Below are positions 21,638 to 31,946 of a stretch of DNA of 64,000 bases, piece by piece; the first letter of the stretch is position 1, and each line of letters opens with the position of its first letter. Both the position numbers and the translations under genes were made by a program. The notes under the pieces were generated by a model, which was given only the letters and a program-made list of their open reading frames with translations, did not search any database and was not told the origin of the DNA. This DNA is from an uncultured bacterium (lineage in GTDB: Bacteria > Babelota > Babeliae > Babelales > JACPOV01): the NCBI GenBank assembly GCA_963744715.1, contig CAVUUR010000009.1, positions 102,864 to 166,863 of the forward strand, in the 5' to 3' direction.

Positions 21638-21736
21638 AGAAAGTACGTATCACTTTACAGATTTTTCAACATCTAAACCTGTAGATTAGTGTATAAGAAC
21701 TTAGTACGTTAGACAAATAAGAATTATATTTAAAAA

Positions 21737-22546
21737 CTATTTGTATGTGCTTTTATAATAACGTTTTAATTTAAGTAAATATAATTTAAATAAATCATGA
21801 TCAATACTATAGGCTTTGCTACCATTTTCATACGTGAAATAAGAATAGCCAGGCAGACCATTGTAGGTTACGGATATTGTTTTTTGTTTTATAATGTTTT
21901 GTCCCACGGCAGTTTTAATCATTTCAGGATTTAAAGCGACTGCTGGGTTTTCTCGAAAGTTTTTTATCAACGTACCGAGAAGATTTGCATTATCTAATTT
22001 CCTGTTTTCTCTAGACAAATTTGTATCGTTATTAAGGAATATGTCTTTTTCGGCAACCACTAAATTTGTTACTAAATGAAGAGGTAATAGTTGTTTTTCT
22101 GTTTCCGGTAATTGTACCGTTAGTACTGGCTCGGCACTGTTTATCGAGTTAGGCTCATTGTCATATGTTTTTAATAGTGCTAAATCATGTTGTGTTGGAA
22201 GTCTTAAAACATTGCTATCATCGAGTGGTAAATTTGCTTCGTATTGTTTTAAAGCTAATTGGGCAATATCATTGAACGGTAAATTTTGCTGTTGTTCATT
22301 TTTGACCGTTTTTCGAGAGCTTTTTGAGCCAAATTGATACATAAAACCGAACATCCCGCATGCTACAGCTATACCAATACCGGTAGTGGCTACATAGCCG
22401 GTATTTATTTTTGATGAAATATTGCCATACAAACCTGAAAAGGTAGCATGAGTTCGATTTAAGACATCACGCCAATCGGCATGGGCTGATGGTACGCCCA
22501 TAGTGGCAATCAACAGGTATAGAGATAATTTTTTAATAAGCTTCAT
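21737..22546 (-). CDS. Hypothetical secreted/membrane-anchored protein
   Basis: Signal peptide ending SAHA plus hydrophobic segment; N-terminal ~70 aa shared with 22713-23651. Confidence 0.75.
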   Translation of the reverse strand: MKLIKKLSLYLLIATMGVPSAHADWRDVLNRTHATFSGLYGNISSKINTGYVATTGIGIAVACGMFGFMYQFGSKSSRKTVKNEQQQNLPFNDIAQLALKQYEANLPLDDSNVLRLPTQHDLALLKTYDNEPNSINSAEPVLTVQLPETEKQLLPLHLVTNLVVAEKDIFLNNDTNLSRENRKLDNANLLGTLIKNFRENPAVALNPEMIKTAVGQNIIKQKTISVTYNGLPGYSYFTYENGSKAYSIDHDLFKLYLLKLKRYYKSTYK

Positions 22547-22589
22547 AGTAACCTTCTTGAATTAATGTTAATGCTGATTTATATACCTA

Positions 22590-22617
22590 ATTATACTATA
22601 AAAACTCAATTTGTCAA
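22590..22617 (-). promoter_or_regulatory. Consensus sigma70 promoter TTGACA-16nt-TATAAT
   Basis: Reverse complement of attata-ctataaaaactcaatt-tgtcaa, about 45 nt upstream of the ATG at 22546. Confidence 0.7.
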
Positions 22618-22712
22618 TAATTACTTATGTGTATGAATGCAGGTCAAAATGAGGTTTTTAGGTATAAAAACAGATTTTATGGGGGGGGGGAATTGGCTTG
22701 CGCTACGGATGT

Positions 22713-23651
22713 TTAGGCTTCGAGTATTTCTTTATCGGATGTTGTAATGTATTGTAACGTATAATTTTCACTTGCCTGGTTTTTGTAAATACAAGCCAGC
22801 AAGTTTCCTTGTCGATTAAATAACGTTGTATTCAAGTTAAATGTATGTAAAAGAAAATTATCATTTTTTAAGATACGAGTTAATGGTATCTTATTCTGAT
22901 TTAAATCGATTGCTTCCCCTAATTTAATCTTAGCAAGATTGGTAAACGTAATATGGGGTTTGTTAGTAATGTCTTTCCATGCTATTGCTAGATCACCCTT
23001 CTTGGATAAACTACATGAAATAATAGCATCATTATTTGGATTAGTAATGATTGCTTTAAGGGTTTTTTTTGATGTATTTACGCAAATAATGGTATTTGGA
23101 GCACTCGAATCGGCATACCAAAGTCCATTGAGCATAGATGGTTGTGCATTTTCAATAATATAACCGGAATTACCTACGCAGGGTTTGTTGCCTTTGAGAG
23201 TATGAGAATTAATAGGGATTTTTTTACCGTTATAACCATATTTTCTTCGTTCTTGTGCTGAAGTTCGCTGTTTTTCCTTAAAAGGTGTTTCTTTGCTCCA
23301 TTGTAACGCTATATCTTTAAACTCACCGGGACCGTCATTGACTGCCGGCATGTAAGAAATAATATGCCGTCGCATGTCTGGCGGCAATTTTTCAAAACGT
23401 GAAGCAACTATTTTATCGAAAGGTTTAGGCTTTTTTGCACCAAATCGATACATAAAACCGAGGGTTGCGGCAGCTATTCCTAGCCCAATACTGGTTACTG
23501 CCAAATATTCAGGATTAAATGAAACGTTGCCATACAAGCCCGAAAACGTTGCATGAGTTTGGTTTGCCCATTCACGCCAATCGGCGTGTGCGGATGGTAC
23601 GCCAATAGTGGTAATCAACAGGTATAGAGATAATGTTTTGATAAGCTTCAT
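22713..23651 (-). CDS. Secreted protein with F-box-like motif and possible beta-propeller repeats
   Basis: Signal peptide, hydrophobic segment, FEKLPPDMRRHIISYM, then beta-rich segments. Confidence 0.6.
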   Translation of the reverse strand: MKLIKTLSLYLLITTIGVPSAHADWREWANQTHATFSGLYGNVSFNPEYLAVTSIGLGIAAATLGFMYRFGAKKPKPFDKIVASRFEKLPPDMRRHIISYMPAVNDGPGEFKDIALQWSKETPFKEKQRTSAQERRKYGYNGKKIPINSHTLKGNKPCVGNSGYIIENAQPSMLNGLWYADSSAPNTIICVNTSKKTLKAIITNPNNDAIISCSLSKKGDLAIAWKDITNKPHITFTNLAKIKLGEAIDLNQNKIPLTRILKNDNFLLHTFNLNTTLFNRQGNLLACIYKNQASENYTLQYITTSDKEILEA

Positions 23652-23666
23652 AGTAACCTATTTTAA

Positions 23667-24263
23667 TTAATCTATATCTGGGTGAGTAAAAGTAGGTTTG
23701 GCGATTGGTCTAAGGTATTTTTCTTTTAAGGGGTTTATGGTTTTTGGTATATTATCCTTCCAGAGGTTTATTGCTTTTGTATTATTATATTGATGATAAG
23801 CAATCCCACCGGCAACAATGGTAGCAATATCCCGCCATGGAATATCGCGATAGTCATCATTGAGAACCATATAAACAACCGGTAGAAAGGACAAACTAGC
23901 GAATACCCCAGTAAAGAATCTACTTTTTCTTGCTTCCCAGCGGTTTGCTTTGCGTAGATTTTCTAAATCTTGAGAGATAGTTGTTAAAAAATACTCTACT
24001 GCTGCACCATTTTGTATTTCACTTTTTGATTTACTATTTATTTGTGTAACTTCATGATCTATTTTTTGTGTCAGGTCCACGGTGTTTATTTTTCCAGATA
24101 ATCCATACTGATACCAACGTGGCATAGTACGGTATAAATCTTTTGCCACATCACTTTTCAATTCGGGTTCTTTTTTCAATGAAAGCCACTGCATAGCCTG
24201 CACATTATTAGTAGTAAAACCGATGAATGCAAGTGCAATTATTGATAATAAAAACTTTTTCAT
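23667..24263 (-). CDS. Hypothetical secreted protein with two C-terminal hydrophobic segments
   Basis: Signal peptide ending VQA-M; DLY..MPRW and IPW motifs shared with 24458-25018. Confidence 0.75.
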   Translation of the reverse strand: MKKFLLSIIALAFIGFTTNNVQAMQWLSLKKEPELKSDVAKDLYRTMPRWYQYGLSGKINTVDLTQKIDHEVTQINSKSKSEIQNGAAVEYFLTTISQDLENLRKANRWEARKSRFFTGVFASLSFLPVVYMVLNDDYRDIPWRDIATIVAGGIAYHQYNNTKAINLWKDNIPKTINPLKEKYLRPIAKPTFTHPDID

Positions 24264-24304
24264 AGAAAATCCTTAGTATAAAAATAAACTCCACTATATG
24301 CACA

Positions 24305-24332
24305 AGGATACCAAAAAACGTCAATTTGTCAA
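24305..24332 (-). promoter_or_regulatory. Sigma70-type promoter TTGACA-16nt-TATCCT with extended -10 TG
   Basis: Read on the reverse strand upstream of 24263. Confidence 0.55.
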
Positions 24333-24457
24333 TAATTTTTTATCTAGTAATGGCAGGGGGTCTGGCAAGGCTCAATAAGGGGTTTTTAGGTCGGATAAGG
24401 TTAATGGGGGCATATGCGGAACAGGCTTTTTGATGGTTGCAAGAAGATAGCGGGATA

Positions 24458-25018
24458 TTAGTTTTTTAACAACAATGTTTTTGAATTACGAGCTTTGGAT
24501 AATGCATCCATCCAGTTATTTATTGATTTCCTCTTGTTATATTGACGGTAAGCAAAGCCAAAACTAGCAGCGGTGAGGATAACTCTATCCCATGGAATAG
24601 TATAGGTATAGATCATCTCAAGAATTGGTATACATCCAATGACAAGGCCGGATCCTATAGCAATTTTATTTGCACGCGCTTCCGGTTGTGTAGCGTTAAT
24701 TATAGCACCCAGTTCTTGATGAACCGTTTTTAAATAGCGTTGTACTTCCACCTTTTTTTGTTGTTCGGTAGTATTTCCTGCAGTGTTTATGGTATTAACT
24801 TTCGTTTGTATCGCAGTTTGTATCATAGTTTGTATCTCTTGAATATCTTCTTCATTTTTAATTGATGGAATAGGGCCGGGCCAACGGGGCATCATACTAT
24901 ACAAATCCATCGTTATGTCGGTTGTAAGTGTCGTTTTTCCTACTATTTCCATGGCCTGCAGATGAATATTACAACTCACGAATGTAAGAGCAACTATTGA
25001 TGATAAAAATCTTTTCAT
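24458..25018 (-). CDS. Hypothetical secreted protein, paralog of 23667-24263
   Basis: MKRFLSSIVAL...LQAM, DLYSMMPRW, IPWD, AYRQYN motifs. Confidence 0.75.
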   Translation of the reverse strand: MKRFLSSIVALTFVSCNIHLQAMEIVGKTTLTTDITMDLYSMMPRWPGPIPSIKNEEDIQEIQTMIQTAIQTKVNTINTAGNTTEQQKKVEVQRYLKTVHQELGAIINATQPEARANKIAIGSGLVIGCIPILEMIYTYTIPWDRVILTAASFGFAYRQYNKRKSINNWMDALSKARNSKTLLLKN

Positions 25019-25100
25019 AACGACCTTCCCCGTATAAAAAAATGTAATTATGCCTAGTATGCTTTAGTAGAAGGGCAGATTGTCAATAAAATAGTGATAT

Positions 25101-25523
25101 CTAGAGAGGGAAAAAATCGTTTGGGTATTGTAAAGAAGCACCGTAATGGGTGTTTTTATGTATAAAAAGGCCGCCCTTTTCATTATCGTAGTAATTATCC
25201 CATATATACAGGGTAAAACCTTGTTCTGGTGGGAATTGATTAGGGGTGTCAACTAAGGTATAAATAGATTGTCCATTGGCGGGAATGGTTGCTTGTGAAC
25301 ATACGCTATTAATAGGGGTATAAAAGCCACGTTTCCAGCTTTTTTGATTGGTTCCATAATCATTCCACATCTGATTACATAGAACCCAATTACTTTGCAC
25401 AATCATAACGACCGGATAACGTTTATTATTTTGAACGATGATGCTTTTTTTTGGTAGTTGTTGTGCCTGGAGAGGCAGAGCGGAAATTATTGTGCAGCAT
25501 ATAATCAATTGTACATAGTTCAT
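25101..25523 (-). CDS. Hypothetical secreted protein
   Basis: Signal peptide; KSIIVQN...W layout resembles 25520-25993. Confidence 0.65.
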   Translation of the reverse strand: MNYVQLIICCTIISALPLQAQQLPKKSIIVQNNKRYPVVMIVQSNWVLCNQMWNDYGTNQKSWKRGFYTPINSVCSQATIPANGQSIYTLVDTPNQFPPEQGFTLYIWDNYYDNEKGGLFIHKNTHYGASLQYPNDFFPL

Positions 25524-25993
25524 CGTGCTTCCTTTACTGTTTTTTGTATATTCATGTCACGTGGGTATACAATAATAGAACGCCATGGAACTTTCGTTAA
25601 TGTTCCGGTTGTATTGGTGGTACTATTCCATATTTCAATACTGATATCTTCAATACCCAATAACGGTGCAAGCGGTGGTTGTGGTCTATAGGTTACCGAA
25701 CCATGTGATGAAATTATTGCAGAATAACAGATAGCTTTTGGCTGTGGCGGTGTTAATTTTTCCTTACCGGACGATGCTTTAGCAGAAGCTAATTCTTGTT
25801 GTACTAAAAACTTATACGTATTTTCTGCAGCTGGATCAAGAATGGGTGAACACCATCTATTATGAATAATCAGAATAACATCATCTGGCGATTCATTGTA
25901 CACGGTAATTGCTTTTTCCATGCTAATGAATGCATTGAGTGCACACGCACAAAGGCTTAAATAGATAATAGTATATATTTTTATGTTTATCAT
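25520..25993 (-). CDS. Hypothetical secreted protein
   Basis: Signal peptide; KAITVYN...W; 4-bp overlap with the downstream gene. Confidence 0.65.
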   Translation of the reverse strand: MINIKIYTIIYLSLCACALNAFISMEKAITVYNESPDDVILIIHNRWCSPILDPAAENTYKFLVQQELASAKASSGKEKLTPPQPKAICYSAIISSHGSVTYRPQPPLAPLLGIEDISIEIWNSTTNTTGTLTKVPWRSIIVYPRDMNIQKTVKEAR

Positions 25994-26206
25994 AGGTTTC
26001 CTGCTATTTATTTTCTATAATAATATCAAATATGAAATAACAAAATCAATAAAAGAGCTATAATATCGTGTTTTTCTGTATAATTTATGTAAAATAGTTG
26101 ATTATAGAAGCGGTATAGATACACTACGAGTAGAGATACGTGAGTGGTAGTAACTTTTTCTAATACTTCAATTAAGAATATAAAGAATATAAAGGTAATT
26201 ATCGTG

Positions 26207-27610
26207 ATGGATCACATTTTTAGACAATATGATATTCGAGGTAAAATGGGTTCGGAGCTATTGCTCGAAGACATCCCTCGTATAGGCAAGGCAATTGCCT
26301 ATTATTTTTTACAAAAAAATCCGCACGGTAAAACTATTGCAATAGGTGCCGATGGTAGAATTGATTCTCCTCGTATTAAAGAACTGTTATGTAAAGCTTT
26401 GCAGGAATCCGGATTTAATGTGATATTTATTGGTGTTTGCGCAACCCCAGTACTCTATTTTTCCCTTTTTAATCTTCCGGTTGATGGCGGATTAATGATA
26501 ACGGCTTCTCATAATGGTAAAGAGTATAACGGTATAAAAATTTGTTTAGGCAAAGATTCAATATGGGGCGAGCAGATTCAGGATATTAAGGAGTTAGTGC
26601 ATCGTAATGCCCAGATAACCAATGCAAATAAAGGTTCATATTCTGAATATGCGTTAATTCCGGATTATATTGCATGGATGGCTCAGCACTTTACTCATTT
26701 AAAAAACATAGATCTTTCGATGGTGCTTGATTGTGGCAATGGAGCTGCCGGAACTATTATACCAGATTTAATTAAGGCTATGCAGTGGAAACATGTCAAC
26801 GTACTATATGCTGAGGTTGATGGAACATTTCCTCATCATGAACCCGATCCAACGTTTGAAAAAAATATGCGTGATGTCAAACGTATTGTACAAACTACTG
26901 ATGCAATACTGGGTATAGGGTTTGATGGTGATTGTGACCGCATGGCATGTATGACCAAGCAAGGAGAATTGGTACAAGGGGATAAACTATTAGCACTTTT
27001 TAGTAAAGAAATTTTACAGCACAATCCCGGTGCCACTATTGTTTTTGACGTTAAATGTTCATCCGGATTAATTGAATTACTAGAACAATGGGGAGCAACG
27101 GCGCACATGTCCCCTACGGGGCATTCCATTATTAAAAATCAGATGAAATTGCATCATGCATTACTAGCAGGAGAATTGAGTTGTCATTTCTTTTTCAATG
27201 ATCGTTATTTTGGTTATGATGATGGTGTTTATGCTGCGCTTAGATTAATTGAAATATTGGTACAAACAAAAGAATCATTAGATAGCCTGTTATCAATATT
27301 TCCGCGTAAAATAAATACTCCTGAAATTAAAATTGTATGTAAAGAAGAAGAAAAAAAACCTATTGTTGAGAATATAAAGAATGCTTTTTTACACAAAGCT
27401 GGTGCGTCGGTAAATAGCATCGATGGCGTGCGCGTCACGTTGCCGTACGGCTGGGGAATTTTGCGCGCATCAAATACGCAACCGGTTCTTTGTTTGCGAT
27501 TTGAATCGGATTCTGTTGCCGGATTGCAGCACATTCAAGATGATTTTATTATGCTGTTAAAAGAATATTTTCCTGAGCAGTTTTTGCGTCAACAGGTTTA
27601 TGATCAATGA
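26207..27610 (+). CDS. Phosphomannomutase/phosphoglucomutase
   Basis: FRQYDIRG, ITASHN, FDGDCDR, GELSCH and RASNTQP motifs. Confidence 0.96.
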   Translation: MDHIFRQYDIRGKMGSELLLEDIPRIGKAIAYYFLQKNPHGKTIAIGADGRIDSPRIKELLCKALQESGFNVIFIGVCATPVLYFSLFNLPVDGGLMITASHNGKEYNGIKICLGKDSIWGEQIQDIKELVHRNAQITNANKGSYSEYALIPDYIAWMAQHFTHLKNIDLSMVLDCGNGAAGTIIPDLIKAMQWKHVNVLYAEVDGTFPHHEPDPTFEKNMRDVKRIVQTTDAILGIGFDGDCDRMACMTKQGELVQGDKLLALFSKEILQHNPGATIVFDVKCSSGLIELLEQWGATAHMSPTGHSIIKNQMKLHHALLAGELSCHFFFNDRYFGYDDGVYAALRLIEILVQTKESLDSLLSIFPRKINTPEIKIVCKEEEKKPIVENIKNAFLHKAGASVNSIDGVRVTLPYGWGILRASNTQPVLCLRFESDSVAGLQHIQDDFIMLLKEYFPEQFLRQQVYDQ

Positions 27611-28436
27611 GAGCAATTGGCTTACACCTTCGTATAACAACAACTATTCTTGATCTATTACAGTATGCTATCGATATGCACTTAGATACGTTTCAATGTT
27701 TTTTAATGAATCAAGCTACTAATAATTATATACATTTGACTTCAGGGCAAATAAGGCAATTTTTGGCACTACGAAATCGCTATTTTAAGGATCTTTTTGT
27801 GCATGGATCTTATTGGATCAATTTGAGCAATAAAGATATGGAAGAAAATCAATATCTTTTGGCCAAAGAATTAACCATCGCAAAAAAATTAGGATTTACG
27901 CATATGATTTTACATCCGGGTTCTGCCAATGGATGGGAAACGCACCAAGAAGGGGTTGATTGTGTTGTGCGCGTTTTAAATGCGGTGTTAAAACATGAAA
28001 ATGATATAACCATAGTATTGGAAAATACAGCACATGGCAGTAGAGCCATAGGCAGTGATTTGCATGATTTGTTTGCGATACAACAAAAAATAGATTATCC
28101 CGAGAAGATAGCATTTTGTATCGATACGGCGCATGCGTATGCCTTTGGTTATGCAATTGATCAAGAGCAGGGTCATGATGAGTTTATTTCATTAATAGAG
28201 CACAGTATTGGTTTTGCATCGGTTGCACTAATTCACCTTAATGATACCAAAGAAGAGCGAGGCAGCAAACGAGATAAACATGATGACTTGGGCAAGGGAA
28301 TATTGGCATCGACGCATTAAAACGATTTATAAAACACAAACAATTAGATACTATTCCTATTATTATGGAATTACCAGTTATACCCCAATCAGAACAACAT
28401 GCTGTCATTAACATGGTCAGAACGTGGCATAGTTAA
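27607..28436 (+). CDS. nfo: Endonuclease IV (apparent frameshift near 28300)
   Basis: HGSYWINL, HPGS, LENTA, CIDTAH and HLND...D.H motifs; C-terminus (IPIIMELP) in another frame ending at 28436. Confidence 0.9.
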
Positions 28437-28452
28437 AAAAGGAGAATTTTTT

Positions 28453-29459
28453 ATGCGTATTGCAATTAATGGGTTTGGGCGGATAGGAAAAACATTTTTG
28501 CGTGTGTTGCTCAATGATAGTTCGGCATCGCGAGATATTGAGGTTGTTGCAATTAATTGTGGGCCAGGAAATATTGACACGTTAGCCTATTTTTTTACGT
28601 ATGATACCTTAATGGGAAAATATCCAGGAACAGTTTCGTTGCAAGATAATTATTTATGTATCGATACTAAAAAAATAGTTATTTTTGCCGAATCCGTTCC
28701 AACCAGTACCATGTGGAAAGCATTAGATATTGATTGGGTCGTTGATTGTTCCGGTAAATTTACGCATAGGCAAGATGCGCAAAAACATATTGATGCGGGA
28801 GCAAAAGCAGTGTTAATTTCTGCTCCTGCGCATGATGAAGATGTTGCCATTGTTCCCGGTGTTAACGATGCGTTATTTAATCGCAATAAGCATAAGATTG
28901 TTTCATTAGGAAGTTGCACCACGAATGCGTTTATGCCTATGCTAAAAGTGTTATATGAATCATCCGGATTTTCAAGAAGGGTTCATGACCACCGTCCATG
29001 CATACACCAATTCGCAAGTGTTGTTAGATTTGATGCCATGATAACGATCCAAGAAAATCACGCGCAGCTGCCTTAAATATAATTCCAACAGCGACAGGTG
29101 CAGCCAGTATGATACGTAAAATAATTCCCGCACTGGATGGCAAACTGCAAGCACGTGCGTTGCGTGTTCCGGTAGCAAAAGTATCGCTCGTTGATATTTC
29201 CTTTGAAGCGGATAAACCATTAACCGTTTCAGGGTTTAATGCTGTTTTTAAAAAAGCTGCTCAGAGTACGTTGAAAGGAATTTTAGCTTTTACCATGGAT
29301 CCTCTTGTTTCTACTGATTTTAGCGGCAATCCACATTCTGTTATTGTTGATGGCACCATGACCAATGCTATTGGTACGATGGGACATGTATTTGGTTGGT
29401 ATGATAATGAATGGGGTTATAGTGAACGTCTCAAAGATTTTTTGCTTTCAGTGCGATAA
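28453..29459 (+). CDS. gap: Type I glyceraldehyde-3-phosphate dehydrogenase (apparent frameshifts near 28980-29040)
   Basis: IAINGFGRIG, GSCTTN, ALRVP and WYDNEWGYS motifs. Confidence 0.95.
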
Positions 29460-29500
29460 TAATGCTCTATTAGGTATATTAAAAAATTAAGGAATAGATA

Positions 29501-29947
29501 ATGGTTAAGATTGGTCAACAAGCACCAGATTTTAAGCTTAACGATGAGACAGGTATTGCGCGTAGTTTGTCTGAATTTAAGGGTAAAAAAATTGTTATTT
29601 ATTTTTATCCAAAAGATAATACGCCTGGTTGTACCAAAGAAGCTTGCGGGTTGCGTGATGCATATCAGATGTACAACAGTAATAATATTGTAATTCTTGG
29701 CATAAATTACGATTCTCCTGAATCGCACAAACAGTTCAAAGAAGAGCACAAATTACCCTTTGTGTTACTGAGTGATTCCGATCGAGAAGTGGCGCGTTCT
29801 TATGGCGCTTATCAAGGCATTATTAATATGCTTTTTCCTCAACGCATGACATTTTTAATTGACGAGCAAGGCAAGGTTATTCACATTTTTGAAAACGTCG
29901 ATATTAGCACGCATGCACAAGATATTTTAAAGGCATTTGGCATATAA
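29501..29947 (+). CDS. bcp: Peroxiredoxin Bcp/PrxQ
   Basis: YFYPKDNTPGCTKEAC. Confidence 0.95.
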   Translation: MVKIGQQAPDFKLNDETGIARSLSEFKGKKIVIYFYPKDNTPGCTKEACGLRDAYQMYNSNNIVILGINYDSPESHKQFKEEHKLPFVLLSDSDREVARSYGAYQGIINMLFPQRMTFLIDEQGKVIHIFENVDISTHAQDILKAFGI

Positions 29948-30086
29948 AATTCGTAAAAAAAGTATCTTATCGAAATACTCCCCAGTTTTTAGGTGTTTAG
30001 AGAGCAAAAGTGGGGTATCTTGATTTTTTTACCATTTACTATAATATTAATAATAGAAATAAAAATATGAATTTATAAGGATTTAT

Positions 30087-31898
30087 ATGAATGCATTTAA
30101 AAAAATAGTAATTCTACTCAGTTGTATGGGTATAGGAAACACGAATCCCCTGTTTAAAGGGAGTTTCACCCCTAAAAAATCGCCTGGATTTAGCGCTGTT
30201 TCTGTTCCGGGTCAATACAGCTTGTTATCGCATAATAAGCATTCTTTAGCGTCTTTTCCCGTACAAAATAAGCAACAATCATTATTTGATACAGAAAAGA
30301 TGAATAATGGGCAAAACTCATATCGTACGTATGCTGTCTATAACCAGCAGGCTAAAAAATTTAAGAGTAATTATACGTTCTTTAAAGGCGGAGCAGCCGT
30401 AATTGCGGGTGCATTATTGGCCCTTTTATATGGTTCTGGGCAAGATGATGATGATAAAGAATCGGTACCAACAATACCAATAAAACCTGTAGAGCCAACG
30501 GAGCATAGAAGATTAGTTATTTTAATGGATTCAGATGGAACCATTACTAGATTATCTCACAATAGCTTTGAAGATTTTTTACAAGCTTCTTTTATTACGA
30601 ATGATACACCATTACTGATTCATGAAAATATATTAAATGCACAAGCAATAAAAAATATGAATACTGCCGCATGGGATATCTATAAAGTAGGAAAAGAATT
30701 TGTGCTGTTGATTCCACATGCGTATAAAAATCAGGTAGGTGATATAGGATTTCAGTTAGATAATGCCCAGAAGATTGTGAATATGTCAGAATATAAATAC
30801 CATCGCTCATATTTATCAGTTTTTTCCGACTTTTTAGTATTGGGAACAAAACACCGCCTAATGAATAAAGATCTTTCTACGCTGGTAAAGGAAAAAAAAT
30901 GGGGTTCTGAATTGGTACCATGTTTAGAGCAATTATTTGAAAATGAAACCACTGCAAAAAAATATCGTTGGAATGTGGCTATTTTCGGACATGGTGGGAT
31001 TGATAAAACTGGTTACGTTGTAGGAATGCATGAGGATTATTTTAAGTCACTGTTAAATTTTTTAGATACTAACATTAATACTCATTCATTACTTTATGAC
31101 GGTTGTTTTTCCGGAGGAACTCGTTTTGAAAAATTATTTGATAAGCCATATTCATATGCTGTTTTTTATACAGGCGGCATTGACGGCTTTGGATATGACC
31201 ATACAGAATCTCTTAAAAAAGATTACAGGAGTGAAGGTTGGTTTGAAGAAATTGCAAAAACCGATGTGGTATCGAGTAATTTTTCAACACTGTCTTGTTT
31301 AGCATTGCTGCAGAGCTTTGGGGGGGGAAGTACTTTTGTCAGAGAACCGGACTCATTTCATTTTCATCCTATTCGGGTTAGCAAGTCTTATAAAAATGGG
31401 TATTTAGCTACAGAATGTGACCATGCCGTATTAATATACGACCATGGTAATGGAATAGGACAGCAGGTAAAAACTCTTTTTATGGATAAGCCAATAGTTG
31501 ATGCATTGGTAAGGCCGCAATATGTTCAAGGAATATCTTCTGACGCACAATACACCATTAAACAACTCATGTTACCTATTCATGGGCCTTTGGAACCGCG
31601 TGATATTGCAAAAAACTTATGCGAAATATTTTGTAACGATCAAAAGGGATATGAAAAGAGTATGCTCAACAAAGAATTTATCATTGAGAGTATTATTATA
31701 CCAGCTTGGAATGAAAAAGAGTATACGCAAGAAATTACTAATGCCGTTGTAAAAGTGACTGCAACAGGCAGTAAGATTGAATGTGCTATGACCTTTAAAG
31801 ATAACAATAATAATACGTATGAAGCTTCAGGGTTCAGAAAACCAACAATAAAAGCTTATGAAGTTATTTTGCAAAAAATGAATCAGATTCCTTCTTAG
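30087..31898 (+). CDS. Large secreted protein with possible caspase-like (clan CD) His-Cys dyad
   Basis: Signal peptide, hydrophobic segment, VAIFGHG and LLYDGCFSG motifs. Confidence 0.55.
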   Translation: MNAFKKIVILLSCMGIGNTNPLFKGSFTPKKSPGFSAVSVPGQYSLLSHNKHSLASFPVQNKQQSLFDTEKMNNGQNSYRTYAVYNQQAKKFKSNYTFFKGGAAVIAGALLALLYGSGQDDDDKESVPTIPIKPVEPTEHRRLVILMDSDGTITRLSHNSFEDFLQASFITNDTPLLIHENILNAQAIKNMNTAAWDIYKVGKEFVLLIPHAYKNQVGDIGFQLDNAQKIVNMSEYKYHRSYLSVFSDFLVLGTKHRLMNKDLSTLVKEKKWGSELVPCLEQLFENETTAKKYRWNVAIFGHGGIDKTGYVVGMHEDYFKSLLNFLDTNINTHSLLYDGCFSGGTRFEKLFDKPYSYAVFYTGGIDGFGYDHTESLKKDYRSEGWFEEIAKTDVVSSNFSTLSCLALLQSFGGGSTFVREPDSFHFHPIRVSKSYKNGYLATECDHAVLIYDHGNGIGQQVKTLFMDKPIVDALVRPQYVQGISSDAQYTIKQLMLPIHGPLEPRDIAKNLCEIFCNDQKGYEKSMLNKEFIIESIIIPAWNEKEYTQEITNAVVKVTATGSKIECAMTFKDNNNNTYEASGFRKPTIKAYEVILQKMNQIPS

Positions 31899-31946
31899 CC
31901 TAATGATTGATTATTTTATAATTTTTTTAAATACAAAAATAATGCA

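Noticed and set aside
25059..25086. Another 16-nt spacer promoter upstream of 25018
   Set aside because: TTGACA is present but the -10 (AAGCAT) is too weak to count
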